From positions 1 to 48,536 of the forward strand of contig OMST01000056.1 of assembly GCA_900313815.1 (NCBI GenBank): a stretch of DNA of 48,536 nt, read 5' to 3'. Below, piece after piece: positions 9,900 through 19,813 of this stretch (position 1 is the first letter of the stretch; each line of letters opens with the position of its first letter). The position numbers were made by a program, and so were the translations under genes. This DNA is from an uncultured Eubacteriales bacterium (lineage in GTDB: Bacteria; Bacillota_I; Bacilli_A; RF39; UBA660). The notes under the pieces are model-generated. The model did no database searches, was not told the DNA's origin, and was given only the letters and a program-made list of their open reading frames with translations.

Positions 9900-10358
9900 A
9901 TGGATTATGAAATTAATTATGATACTCAGGCTATAATACCTATTTCAGAAACAAGTTGTAAAGTATTAGAAAATAATGAAAAATATATAATTAATTCATC
10001 AGTATTAAGTTTAATGGAACATAGTTGTGAATATTTTGGTAGTTCATTTACTGGAAGAAAAGAAGGAACAAAAAAATTACTTGGTATAACACATAAATCA
10101 CCAATAATAGTTGAAGAAAGTAGAAAAATAATATTCTTTCCAACAACTTCTCCAGATAATATTGAATGTGTATGGATTAATCTTGAAAAAATAGATAAAT
10201 ATTATAGAGTAAGTTCAAAAAAATCTGAGATATTATTTAAAAATGGAAATAGAATAACTATTAATATTTCTTATGGTTCATTATCTAATCAAATATTAAG
10301 ATCAACAAGATTAAAATATATATTAGAAGAAAGAACTGAAAAAAAAGGTGTTTTTTAA
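9900..10358 (+). CDS. comK: ComK-family competence transcription factor
   Basis: YEIN..TQAIIP, SCEYFGSSFTGRKEGT, ITHKSPIIV and FFPTTSP...CVWI match the ComK pattern SCxFFGSSyxGRKxGT / HKPPI / FPT..CxWI. Confidence 0.88.
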   Translation: MDYEINYDTQAIIPISETSCKVLENNEKYIINSSVLSLMEHSCEYFGSSFTGRKEGTKKLLGITHKSPIIVEESRKIIFFPTTSPDNIECVWINLEKIDKYYRVSSKKSEILFKNGNRITINISYGSLSNQILRSTRLKYILEERTEKKGVF

Positions 10359-10373
10359 TAAAATACCTTTTTT
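10341..10373 (+). terminator. Intrinsic terminator after comK
   Basis: AAAAAAGGTGTTTT...AAAATACCTTTTTT inverted repeat. Confidence 0.65.
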
Positions 10374-10387
10374 AAATTAAATTAATA

Positions 10388-10396
10388 TGATATAAT
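10388..10396 (+). promoter_or_regulatory. Extended -10 promoter for recF-gyrB-gyrA
   Basis: TGATATAAT. Confidence 0.55.
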
Positions 10397-10462
10397 TAAT
10401 ATGTGTGTAGGTGACCGAGAAAATATTAAAAATTAAAATTAAGGTTAAAAATGAGGTCTAAA

Positions 10463-11548
10463 ATGAATATTACAAAAATTGAACTACTTAATTTTAGAAA
10501 TTATACAAAAAAAATCTTTGATAATTTTACTAACTTAAATATCATAATTGGAAAAAATGGAATTGGTAAGACAAGTATTTTAGAAGCAATATATTTAGGG
10601 AGTTTGGCTAAATCTTTTAAAACAAATATTGAAACATCTGTTATAAAAGAAGGGCAATCATTTTATAAATTAAAGATTACTTATTTTGATTATGGTCCTA
10701 AAAAAAATATAGAAATATATTTAGATAAATCAGGAAAGAAAACGAAAATAAATGGTAAATTACAAAGTAAATTAAGTGATTTTATTTCTCAATATAGAAT
10801 TATATTATTATCTCCGGATGAATTAAAATTAATAAAATCATCACCAAATACACGAAGAAATTATCTTAATATAGAAATTTCTCAATTACATAAAGAATAT
10901 ATATATTATTTAAACAATTATAATAATCTAATAAAAAATAAAAATGATTTTTTAAAAAAATTAATGATAAATGGAAATTTAGATGATAGATATTTAGATG
11001 TAATTGATCAAAAAATAGTTTCTGAAGGATTAAAAATATATGAATTTAGGAAAAAATATATTGATTCTATTAATGATAATATAAATAGTATTTTTAATAA
11101 ATATGTAAGTAATCAAAATTTATATATAAAATACGAATCAGATTATGAAATAAATGATAGTGAGAAATTATTAAAAATATTAAAAAAGAATAGAAAAAAA
11201 GAAATTAATATAGGTATGACTGATTTTGGGGTTCATAGAGATGATCTTTCATTTATATATAATGGTAATTCTGCAAAAGAATATAGCTCTCAAGGTACTC
11301 AAAAATTAATAGTGCTCGCAATGAAATTAGCTGAAGTTAAAATATTTATTAATAAATACAATATATATCCTATATTATTGTTAGATGATTTATTCAGTGA
11401 ATTAGACATGAAAAATAGAAATAATATATTTAAATCATTGGATGATAATATTCAAATATTTATAACAACAACTGATTTAAAAAATATTAATAAAAATATA
11501 ATTAAAAAAGCAAAAATATATAATTTAGATGAGAAGGTGAAAAAATGA
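10463..11548 (+). CDS. recF: DNA replication/repair protein RecF
   Basis: [36 protein letters not shown]. Start 10463 follows GAGG (alternative start 10451). Confidence 0.96.
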   Translation: MNITKIELLNFRNYTKKIFDNFTNLNIIIGKNGIGKTSILEAIYLGSLAKSFKTNIETSVIKEGQSFYKLKITYFDYGPKKNIEIYLDKSGKKTKINGKLQSKLSDFISQYRIILLSPDELKLIKSSPNTRRNYLNIEISQLHKEYIYYLNNYNNLIKNKNDFLKKLMINGNLDDRYLDVIDQKIVSEGLKIYEFRKKYIDSINDNINSIFNKYVSNQNLYIKYESDYEINDSEKLLKILKKNRKKEINIGMTDFGVHRDDLSFIYNGNSAKEYSSQGTQKLIVLAMKLAEVKIFINKYNIYPILLLDDLFSELDMKNRNNIFKSLDDNIQIFITTTDLKNINKNIIKKAKIYNLDEKVKK

Positions 11549-13464
11549 AAGAAGAATATGGAGTAAATGATATTCAAGTATTAGAAGGATTAGAAGCTGT
11601 AAGAAAAAGACCAGGTATGTATATAGGTACAACTGACCTAAAAGGATTACATCATTTGGTATGGGAAATAGTTGATAATTCAATTGATGAAGCATTAGCC
11701 GGTTATTGCAAAAATATAGAAATAATTATTAATAAAGATAATTCTATAACTGTAAAAGATGATGGACGTGGAATTCCTGTTGGAATACACCCTAAAACTG
11801 GAATATCAACTGTAGAAACTGTATATACAGTACTTCATGCAGGAGGAAAATTTGGTGGAGGGGGATATAAAGTATCTGGTGGACTTCACGGAGTAGGTGC
11901 ATCTGTTGTAAATGCTTTATCAAAATGGGTTGATGTTACTGTTTATAAAGATGGTAAAATATATAATACCAAATTTGAAAATGGTGGAAAAACAGTACAA
12001 AAATTAACTGTAGTAGGAGAATGTGAAAAAGATAGAAGTGGTACAACAGTTACATTTAAACCTGATCCTGATATTTTTGATTCAGATATCTATGATTATG
12101 AGACTTTAAAAGTAAGAACTAGAGAATTAGCATTTTTAAATAAAGGATTACAATTAACTTTAAGAGATGATAGAGATGAAAAAGATACTCAAGGAGATAA
12201 ATTTTTATATGAAGGTGGAATCAGTGAGTATGTTAAATTTATAAATCAAGAAAAAACTCCTTTACATGAAAAAATTATTCATTTAAATGGAGAAAAAGAT
12301 GGAATAATGTTTGAAGTAGCTCTTCAATATAATAATGGATATAATGATAATATTTATTCATTTGTTAATAATATTAATACTCATGATGGTGGTACTCATG
12401 AAGATGGTGTTAAAAGAGCACTTGTTAGAGTAACAAATTCATATGCAAGAAAAAATAATATATTAAAAGAAAAAGATGAAAATTTAACAATAGATGATGT
12501 TAAAGAAGGATTAACGATGATTATTTCTTGTAAACATCCTAATCCTCAATTTGAAGGTCAAACTAAAGGAAGACTAGGAAATTCTGAAGTAAAAAATTTA
12601 GCAGATAGTGTTTTTGCAGAAGGATATGAACAATTTTTATTAGAAAATCCTGAAGAAGCAAAATTAATAGTAAGTAAGTCTATACTTGCTAAGAATGCTA
12701 GAATGGCAGCAAAGAGAGCTAGGGAAGCAACAAGAAAAAGTGATTTAGCAACAACTAATTTTTTTGGAAAACTATCCGATTGTAAGAGCAAAGATCCAAC
12801 TATTTCAGAAATATTTATAGTCGAGGGAGATAGTGCTGGTGGTTCGGCTAAAAAAGGAAGAGATTCGATGACACAAGCAATATTACCTTTAAGAGGAAAA
12901 ATATTAAATGTAGAAAAAGCTCGTCAGGATAAAGCATTAGCTAATGAAGAAATTAGAACAATAATAACTGCATTCGGTACTGGAATTGGTGAATATTTTG
13001 ATTTATCAAAATTGAGATACGATAAAATAATAATTATGACCGATGCTGATGTTGATGGTTCTCATATTAGAGTATTATTACTAACTTTATTTTATAGATT
13101 TTTTAGACCAATTGTTGAGGCAGGACATGTATATGCTGCACAACCCCCATTATTTAGAATAATGCATGGTAAAACACGAAAATATGTACTAAATGAAGCC
13201 GAACTAAATGATTATATGAATAGTTTACCTGAAAATATTCGTTCTAGAGCTGAAGTTGCTCGTATGAAAGGTTTAGGAGAAATGGATGCTGAAGAATTAA
13301 ATGAAACAACAATGGATATTAATAAAAGAGTTTTAAGAAAAATAACTGTTGAAGACTGCATAGCCGCAGATGCTATATTTGAAAAATTAATGGGTGATGA
13401 AGTAGAACCAAGAAGAAAATTTATTGAAGAAAATGCAGGATATGTTCAAAATTTAGATATATAG
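11545..13464 (+). CDS. gyrB: DNA gyrase subunit B
   Basis: [46 protein letters not shown]. Confidence 0.98.
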   Translation: MKEEYGVNDIQVLEGLEAVRKRPGMYIGTTDLKGLHHLVWEIVDNSIDEALAGYCKNIEIIINKDNSITVKDDGRGIPVGIHPKTGISTVETVYTVLHAGGKFGGGGYKVSGGLHGVGASVVNALSKWVDVTVYKDGKIYNTKFENGGKTVQKLTVVGECEKDRSGTTVTFKPDPDIFDSDIYDYETLKVRTRELAFLNKGLQLTLRDDRDEKDTQGDKFLYEGGISEYVKFINQEKTPLHEKIIHLNGEKDGIMFEVALQYNNGYNDNIYSFVNNINTHDGGTHEDGVKRALVRVTNSYARKNNILKEKDENLTIDDVKEGLTMIISCKHPNPQFEGQTKGRLGNSEVKNLADSVFAEGYEQFLLENPEEAKLIVSKSILAKNARMAAKRAREATRKSDLATTNFFGKLSDCKSKDPTISEIFIVEGDSAGGSAKKGRDSMTQAILPLRGKILNVEKARQDKALANEEIRTIITAFGTGIGEYFDLSKLRYDKIIIMTDADVDGSHIRVLLLTLFYRFFRPIVEAGHVYAAQPPLFRIMHGKTRKYVLNEAELNDYMNSLPENIRSRAEVARMKGLGEMDAEELNETTMDINKRVLRKITVEDCIAADAIFEKLMGDEVEPRRKFIEENAGYVQNLDI

Positions 13465-13477
13465 GAGGTTTAAAATT

Positions 13478-16000
13478 ATGAATGAAGATATAAATAATGA
13501 TGATTTAGTTATCGATTCTAATGAAGAATTTGAAAAGGTTAATGTTGATAATAATTTTAACGGGTATTTTCATGAAAGAGATAGATTAGATCACAATAAT
13601 ATAGTTGAAGAAGTAAAAACCTCATTTATGGAATATTCAATGAGTGTTATAATGTCTCGTGCACTTCCTGATTTAAGAGATGGTCTAAAGCCTGTTCATA
13701 GACGTATTTTATGGTCAATGTATGAATCAGGATATACACCAGATAAACCACATAGAAAAAGTGCTAAAACTGTTGGTGAAGTTATGGGAAATTATCATCC
13801 ACACGGAGACTCTTCTATATATGAAGCTATGGTTCGTTTAGCACAAGATTTCAATGAGAGATATGTGCTTATTGATGGTCACGGAAATTTTGGTAATATT
13901 GAAGGTGATGGAGCTGCCGCAATGCGTTATACTGAATCTCGATTATCAAAAATATCATTAGAATTATTAAGAGATATTAATAAAGATACAGTAGATATGG
14001 ATGATAACTTCGATGTTACTAGAAAAGAGCCTAAAGTTTTACCATCAAGATTTCCTAATGTATTAGTTAATGGATCTATGGGAATTGCAGTTGGTATGGC
14101 AACAAATATTCCTCCTCATAATTTGGGTGAAGTAATTGATGGATGTGTTGCTTATATAGATAATCCTGATATTGATGTATTAGGATTAATGGAATATATT
14201 AAAGGCCCAGATTTTCCAACAGGTGGTATAATTCTTGGAAGTTCGGGTATAAAAAAAGCATATGAAACAGGTAGAGGTTCTATAACAATTAGAGGAAAAG
14301 CCGAAATTGAAGAAGTTGATGGTCATAATAACATAGTATTTACTGAGGTTCCTTACGGTGTAAATACAATGGAATTAAAAAATAAAGTTGCAGAATTAGT
14401 TCATACAAAAGTAATTGATGGAATAGCTGATTATCATACTGATTTAAAAGATGGAGTAAAAATAACTATAACTTTAAAAAAGGATGCCAATGCTCAAGTA
14501 GTTTTAAATAATCTATATAAACACACAGCTTTTCAAGTTAATTATGGAATTATATTTTTGATGTTAGATGGATTAACTCCAAGGACTTTAGGACTTAAGG
14601 ATATTATTTCAAAATATATAGATCATCAAAAAGAAGTTATAATTAGAAGAACCAAATTTGATTTAATAAAAGATGAAAAAAGAGTACATATATTAGAAGG
14701 ATATAAAATTGCTTTAGATAATATAGATGAAGTAGTTAAAATAATAAGAAATGCTAAAACAGATGAGGAAGCTAAAAATAAATTAATTGAAAAATTTGGA
14801 CTTGATATGATTCAAGCTGAAGCTATTTTAGAATTAAAATTAAGAAGATTAACTGGATTAGAAAGAGACAAAATAGAGGCTGAATTAGCTGCTTTATTAG
14901 CAGAAATTGAAGAATTAAAATCTATATTAGCCAGCGAAGAAAAAGTATTACAAATAATAAAAAAAGAAATGCTTGAAATTAAAGATAAATATGGTGATGA
15001 AAGAAAAACAAATATTGATAATACAGCGGTTGAATACATTGAAGATGAATCTTTAATACCACAAGAAGAGGTAATTGTTACAATAACAAATAAAAATTAC
15101 ATAAAGAGAATAACAAAAGATACTTATAAGGTACAACATAGAGGTGGAGTTGGTATTAAAGGAATGCAAACTACTGAAGAAGATGTAGTCGAGCAATTGA
15201 TATCATTAAATACTCATGACAATTTATTATTCTTTAGTAATAAAGGAAAAGTATATAGACTCAAAGGATATAAAATACCAGAATATTCAAGAACAGCTAA
15301 AGGACTACCAATCGTAAATTTATTATCTCTTGAAAAAGACGAAAAAATCAATACAATGATTAAAATAAGTGAAAATGATACGTACAAATGTTTGATTTTT
15401 GCAACTAAAAAAGGCATCGTAAAAAGAACATTAATTAGTGAATTTGATAATATAAGACAGAGTGGAAAAATAGCAATTAGCTTAAAAGAAAATGATGAAT
15501 TAATATCTGTTAAAAAGACAACCGGAGAAGATCAAGTTCTTATGTGTTCATCTAATGGTAGAATGGCTCGTTTTCCTGAAAACGAAATTAGAATCATGGG
15601 AAGAACTGCTTCTGGTGTTAGGGGAATGAATCTCGTTAATGATGAATGTGTTGGTATGGAAATATCTGAAGTTGGTAAACTATTACTTGTAGTTACTGAA
15701 AAAGGATATGGCAAAAAAACTGCTATTGAAGAATATAGAGAAACTAAAAGAGGCAGTAAAGGAGTTAAAACATTAAATATTTCTGATAAAAATGGAAAAA
15801 TAGTTAGTTTCAAATCTACTGACAATGATAAAGATTTAATGATTATAACTACTGAAGGAATTATTATTAGATTGGATATTAATTCAATTTCTCAAATGGG
15901 ACGTGTTACAAAAGGTGTTAGACTTATTAATTTAAAAGATAATAATAAGGTGGCTTCCATATCAATATTAGATAAAGAAACAAATGAAGAAGAAAATTAA
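13478..16000 (+). CDS. gyrA: DNA gyrase subunit A
   Basis: [25 protein letters not shown] and GyrA-box QHRGGVG. Confidence 0.98.
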   Translation: MNEDINNDDLVIDSNEEFEKVNVDNNFNGYFHERDRLDHNNIVEEVKTSFMEYSMSVIMSRALPDLRDGLKPVHRRILWSMYESGYTPDKPHRKSAKTVGEVMGNYHPHGDSSIYEAMVRLAQDFNERYVLIDGHGNFGNIEGDGAAAMRYTESRLSKISLELLRDINKDTVDMDDNFDVTRKEPKVLPSRFPNVLVNGSMGIAVGMATNIPPHNLGEVIDGCVAYIDNPDIDVLGLMEYIKGPDFPTGGIILGSSGIKKAYETGRGSITIRGKAEIEEVDGHNNIVFTEVPYGVNTMELKNKVAELVHTKVIDGIADYHTDLKDGVKITITLKKDANAQVVLNNLYKHTAFQVNYGIIFLMLDGLTPRTLGLKDIISKYIDHQKEVIIRRTKFDLIKDEKRVHILEGYKIALDNIDEVVKIIRNAKTDEEAKNKLIEKFGLDMIQAEAILELKLRRLTGLERDKIEAELAALLAEIEELKSILASEEKVLQIIKKEMLEIKDKYGDERKTNIDNTAVEYIEDESLIPQEEVIVTITNKNYIKRITKDTYKVQHRGGVGIKGMQTTEEDVVEQLISLNTHDNLLFFSNKGKVYRLKGYKIPEYSRTAKGLPIVNLLSLEKDEKINTMIKISENDTYKCLIFATKKGIVKRTLISEFDNIRQSGKIAISLKENDELISVKKTTGEDQVLMCSSNGRMARFPENEIRIMGRTASGVRGMNLVNDECVGMEISEVGKLLLVVTEKGYGKKTAIEEYRETKRGSKGVKTLNISDKNGKIVSFKSTDNDKDLMIITTEGIIIRLDINSISQMGRVTKGVRLINLKDNNKVASISILDKETNEEEN

Positions 16001-16013
16001 TTTTCTTCTTTTT
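15987..16013 (+). terminator. Intrinsic terminator after gyrA
   Basis: AAGAAGAAAA-TTAA-TTTTCTTCTT plus T-run. Confidence 0.7.
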
Positions 16014-16028
16014 ATTTCCCGGGAAATA
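16013..16028. promoter_or_regulatory. Noc-binding site (NBS)
   Basis: Perfect palindrome TATTTCCCGGGAAATA matching the B. subtilis NBS consensus; extends to 18 bp. Confidence 0.85.
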
Positions 16029-16163
16029 ATATTTGTATCAATTTTGTTTCAATAAATATTATATTTTAAAAGGTATTAAAATTATAGTGTTAAAAAATTG
16101 TATCAATCAATATCTATCAATTAAATAAATTTATTTAAATTAATAATCAAATATTATTTTCAA

Positions 16164-16179
16164 TGTTTCACGTGGAACA
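16164..16179. promoter_or_regulatory. parS site 1
   Basis: TGTTTCACGTGGAACA inside a 32-bp palindrome (16156-16187). Confidence 0.93.
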
Positions 16180-16226
16180 TTGAAAATTAATTAATAATAT
16201 TATTTATCAATTTTGTAACTAGTTAA

Positions 16227-16242
16227 TGTTCCACGTGGAACA
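16227..16242. promoter_or_regulatory. parS site 2
   Basis: TGTTCCACGTGGAACA, perfect palindrome. Confidence 0.93.
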
Positions 16243-16437
16243 TTAATTAAGATATCAATTATAATTATAAAAAAAATAATATAATATAATATTGTTTATT
16301 AATATTCGGTAGCTGAAAGTATAAAACGTAGTTGTAATATTTCAATGTTCATGCAAATATTAAAATACAGATAAAAATTATTAATACTAATAATTAAAAT
16401 AACATTAATTAGATTATATTATTTAAATATATAATTA

Positions 16438-16453
16438 TGTTCCACGTGGAACA
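16438..16453. promoter_or_regulatory. parS site 3
   Basis: TGTTCCACGTGGAACA. Confidence 0.93.
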
Positions 16454-16637
16454 TTAACTAAGATATCAATTATAATTTTAATATAATATTATTTGCTAAT
16501 ATTTAGTAGATGAAAGTATAAAATGTATTTGTAATATTTCAATGTTCATGCAAATATTAAAATACAGATAAAAAATATTAATACTAATAATTAAAATAAT
16601 ATTAATTAGATCATATTATTGTTTGAATATATAATTA

Positions 16638-16653
16638 TGTTCCACGTGAAACA
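16638..16653. promoter_or_regulatory. parS site 4
   Basis: TGTTCCACGTGAAACA. Confidence 0.93.
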
Positions 16654-16662
16654 TTAAATTAA

Positions 16663-16691
16663 TTGATTATTAATATACCATATGATATAAT
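16663..16691 (+). promoter_or_regulatory. Sigma-A promoter of SRP RNA
   Basis: TTGATT-17 bp-TATAAT with TG extension. Confidence 0.75.
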
Positions 16692-16693
16692 TG

Positions 16694-16772
16694 AAATGTG
16701 CAATGGTGATTTTGTGAACCAAGTCAGAATCGGAAGATAGCAGCTTTAAACAAAATTACTATGTGCACATTT
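16694..16772 (+). ncRNA. ffs: Signal recognition particle RNA, small (4.5S) type
   Basis: Long hairpin (AAATGTGC/GCACATTT; ATGGTGATTTTG/CAAAATTACTAT) with helix 8 GTCAGAATC-GGAA-GATAGCAGC; adjacent to tadA-dnaX. Confidence 0.9.
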
Positions 16773-16803
16773 ATTTTATAATAATATACGAATAGGTGTT
16801 TGT

Positions 16804-17208
16804 ATGAATGACATATTTAAAATATTAAAAAAATTGAATATTAAAGCAATAAGAAATGGTGATGTTCCTGTTTCGGCTATTATTACATATAATAATAAAA
16901 TAATTGCTAAAGCATATAACATGCGTGAATATAAAAAAAATCCTTTATATCATGCTGAAATACTTGTAATAATGAAAGCCGCTAAAAAATTAAATAGATG
17001 GAATCTCAATGGATGTGTGTTATATTCCACAATGAAACCTTGCCCCATGTGTTTAGAAGTAATTAAAATGTCAAAAATTAAAAATGTTTACTATTTTATT
17101 AATAATGGCAAAAAAATTAATTACAATTTTAATTTAAAGGAAATTGAAACCGGCGATAAAAACTATTTTATAAAGGAAATACAGGATTTTTTTGCTGATA
17201 AAAGATAG
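16804..17208 (+). CDS. tadA: tRNA adenosine(34) deaminase (divergent)
   Basis: DVPV, HAE, PCPMC and C-terminal DFF; located next to ffs and dnaX. Confidence 0.85.
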   Translation: MNDIFKILKKLNIKAIRNGDVPVSAIITYNNKIIAKAYNMREYKKNPLYHAEILVIMKAAKKLNRWNLNGCVLYSTMKPCPMCLEVIKMSKIKNVYYFINNGKKINYNFNLKEIETGDKNYFIKEIQDFFADKR

Positions 17209-17252
17209 TATTATATATATAAATTTGATATAATTAATAAAGGAGGTTTACT

Positions 17253-18869
17253 ATGTCATATGTATCTTTATATAGAAAGTATAGACCTAAAAAATTTTCA
17301 GAAGTCGTAGGTCAAGAAGTTGTAGTAGATATACTTAAAAATAGTATAATAAATAATAAAATAGGTCATGCATATATATTTAGTGGACCGAGGGGCACTG
17401 GAAAAACAAGTGTGGCAAAAATATTTTCAAAAGCAGTTAATTGCTTATCACCAGAAGATGGTGATTTATGTGATAAATGTGAAGTATGCAAACTTAATTT
17501 TGATGATGAAATAGATATCATAGAAATCGATGCTGCTAGTAATAATGGTGTTGATGAAATTAGGGAAATTAGAAACAATGTTAAATTATTACCAGTACAT
17601 TTAAAATATAAAGTATATATTATAGATGAAGTACATATGCTATCAACTAGTGCGTTTAACGCTTTATTAAAAACATTAGAGGAACCACCCGAAAATATCA
17701 TTTTTATTTTAGCTACAACTGAGTTTAATAAAATACCATCTACTGTGGTATCAAGATGCCAAAAATTTGACTTTAAGAAACTTACTGAAAAACAAATTTT
17801 TGATAGAATATCTTTAATATTAAAAAAAGAAAATAAAAAACTAAGTAAGGAAGTTATAGAACTAATATCAAGTATTAGTGATGGTGGTTTAAGAGATGCA
17901 ATTAATTTACTTGATCAAATATTATCAATAGAAAAAGATGATATCACTTTAGACGATGTTTATAATTTAATTGGAGATGTTAGTGAAATTGAAATTATAG
18001 AGCTACTAAAAAGCATTGTTAATTATGACGTTAAGTCAGTTTTAAATTATATTGATGCAGTATACAATGCTGGTAAAAATTTATTAAACATATGTGATAG
18101 ACTACAATTACTAATAAGAAATATAATAATATATGATAACACTAATAAATATTTTGATAAAAAATACGAAGAAAAAATAGAATTATTTTCAAAGATTGAT
18201 AGTAGTTTATTAATTGAATTATCCAAAGAAATATTTAATCTTATTAATGATCTAAAGAAAACTTCTAATCAAAAAACAATTATGGAAATATACTGTATAA
18301 AAATGTCGCTATTGTTTAATAATCTAAAAAATAATAAAAATGAAAAAACAATTGATATTTCACAAAAAGAAGAAATAATATATGAAAAAACGGTATTGGA
18401 ACCAAAAATTAATGAAGAATTAAGAAATATTAAAATAAATAATTCGTTTTCAGGAGCAAGTAAGGAATTAAAAAATAAATTTATTGAAAAATATAATTCA
18501 ATAAATGAATATTTATCTAATAAAAAATATAATGCTTTAAGCAATTTATTGATTAAAGGAATACCAGAAATAGTATCTGAAAAAAATGCAATTATATCTT
18601 TTAAAAATAATTTTGATGTAATATTATTTGAAAAAAATGAAGAAGAAATACAAAAATTCATTGAGAAAATATTTAATAAAAAATATTCAATGGTAGCAAT
18701 GACTGGAGAAGAATGTAATAAAATTAAAAAAGAATATATTGAAAATATTAAAAATGGCAAAAAATATGAATATAAAGAAGAAAAAATTAAGACAACTAAG
18801 AAAAATAAAAATAAATTAGAAGAAACAATTGAAAACATATTTGGAGAAGAAATAATAAAAGAAGATTGA
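17253..18869 (+). CDS. dnaX: DNA polymerase III gamma/tau
   Basis: LYRKYRP, GPRGTGKT, EIDAAS, IIDEVHML, LLKTLEEPP, SRC. Confidence 0.97.
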   Translation: MSYVSLYRKYRPKKFSEVVGQEVVVDILKNSIINNKIGHAYIFSGPRGTGKTSVAKIFSKAVNCLSPEDGDLCDKCEVCKLNFDDEIDIIEIDAASNNGVDEIREIRNNVKLLPVHLKYKVYIIDEVHMLSTSAFNALLKTLEEPPENIIFILATTEFNKIPSTVVSRCQKFDFKKLTEKQIFDRISLILKKENKKLSKEVIELISSISDGGLRDAINLLDQILSIEKDDITLDDVYNLIGDVSEIEIIELLKSIVNYDVKSVLNYIDAVYNAGKNLLNICDRLQLLIRNIIIYDNTNKYFDKKYEEKIELFSKIDSSLLIELSKEIFNLINDLKKTSNQKTIMEIYCIKMSLLFNNLKNNKNEKTIDISQKEEIIYEKTVLEPKINEELRNIKINNSFSGASKELKNKFIEKYNSINEYLSNKKYNALSNLLIKGIPEIVSEKNAIISFKNNFDVILFEKNEEEIQKFIEKIFNKKYSMVAMTGEECNKIKKEYIENIKNGKKYEYKEEKIKTTKKNKNKLEETIENIFGEEIIKED

Positions 18870-18884
18870 AAGGAATGATAAAAT

Positions 18885-19178
18885 ATGAATATGCAAGCAA
18901 TTATGGCCCAAGCAAGAAAATTACAAGGAGATTTAGAAAAAACCACAAAAGAAATTGAAGGTACATTATTTAATTATGAAAATGAAAATATACTAGTTGA
19001 ATGTAATGGTAAAAATGAAATAAAAAAAGTAACTATTAAAAATAAAGATTTATTAGAAGATAGTGAAATGTTGGAGGATATTTTGGTAGTGGCCATTAAT
19101 AATGTGTTAAGCCAAGTAAAACAAGAAAAAGATAAAAAACTTGGTAAATATACAAATGGATTAGGGGGATTATTCTAA
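18885..19178 (+). CDS. ybaB: YbaB/EbfC nucleoid-associated protein
   Basis: MNMQAIMAQARKLQ and DSEMLEDILVVAIN; dnaX-ybaB-recR synteny. Confidence 0.9.
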   Translation: MNMQAIMAQARKLQGDLEKTTKEIEGTLFNYENENILVECNGKNEIKKVTIKNKDLLEDSEMLEDILVVAINNVLSQVKQEKDKKLGKYTNGLGGLF

Positions 19179-19181
19179 TAA

Positions 19182-19781
19182 ATGGCAGCGCCAAAGAGTT
19201 TTATAAATTTGGTTCAACAATTATCTATATTACCCGGAGTAGGTGAAAAAACCGCAGAAAGATATGCATATTCTTTACTAGAAAGAGAATATGAAGAAAT
19301 AGAAGAATTATCAAAAGCTTTATTAGAATTTAAAAAAAATATTAAAAATTGTTCTATTTGTGGATGCTTAACTGATAATGAAACATGTGATATATGTGAA
19401 GATAAAAGTAGGGATACTTCAACTATATGTATTGTTGAAGATTCTAAAAATGTATTTTTTATTGAAAAAACAAAAAAATATAATGGTTTATATCATGTTT
19501 TAAACGGATTAATTTCACCAATGGATGGGAAAAATCCTGAAGATTTAAACATTTCTAATCTAGTAAATAATAGAATTAGTGATGATATTAAAGAAATAAT
19601 AATAGCATTAAATCCTTCAATTGAGGGTGAAGTAACCTCATTGTATTTACAAAAAGTACTTGAAAAACATAACGTTAAAGTATCACGATTGTCATACGGA
19701 ATACCTATGGGAGGAGATATTGAATATTTAGACCCAATTATGGTTTCTAAAGCTTGGGATGATAGAAAAGTAATATCATAA
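19182..19781 (+). CDS. recR: Recombination mediator RecR
   Basis: LPGVGEKTA, C4 zinc finger, YHVLNG, EGEVT, GIPMGGDIEY. Confidence 0.97.
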   Translation: MAAPKSFINLVQQLSILPGVGEKTAERYAYSLLEREYEEIEELSKALLEFKKNIKNCSICGCLTDNETCDICEDKSRDTSTICIVEDSKNVFFIEKTKKYNGLYHVLNGLISPMDGKNPEDLNISNLVNNRISDDIKEIIIALNPSIEGEVTSLYLQKVLEKHNVKVSRLSYGIPMGGDIEYLDPIMVSKAWDDRKVIS

Positions 19782-19813
19782 AAAAAATATCATAAATTAT
19801 TTTGAGGTAAACT

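Larger units (their letters stand above)
16227..16653 (+). repeat. ~200-bp tandem duplication, each unit beginning with parS
   Basis: Unit 1 16227-16437 (211 bp), unit 2 16438-16637 (200 bp), third parS at 16638. Shared core TTGTAATATTTCAATGTTCATGCAAATATTAAAATACAGATAAAAA. Confidence 0.9.

Noticed and set aside
13790-13830. Quinolone-resistance substitutions in GyrA
   Set aside because: [10 protein letters not shown] is the wild-type pattern.
16164-16653. Palindromic repeats as a CRISPR array or MITE
   Set aside because: The 16-bp repeats match parS; the intervals are 63-211 bp and two are homologous to each other; no cas or transposase genes.
17253-18869. Programmed frameshift in dnaX
   Set aside because: A-runs are frequent throughout and no stimulatory hairpin was evident.
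18269-18946. 225-aa minus-strand ORF
   Set aside because: Antisense shadow of dnaX/ybaB with F/L/I/S-rich composition typical of reverse frames in AT-rich genes.
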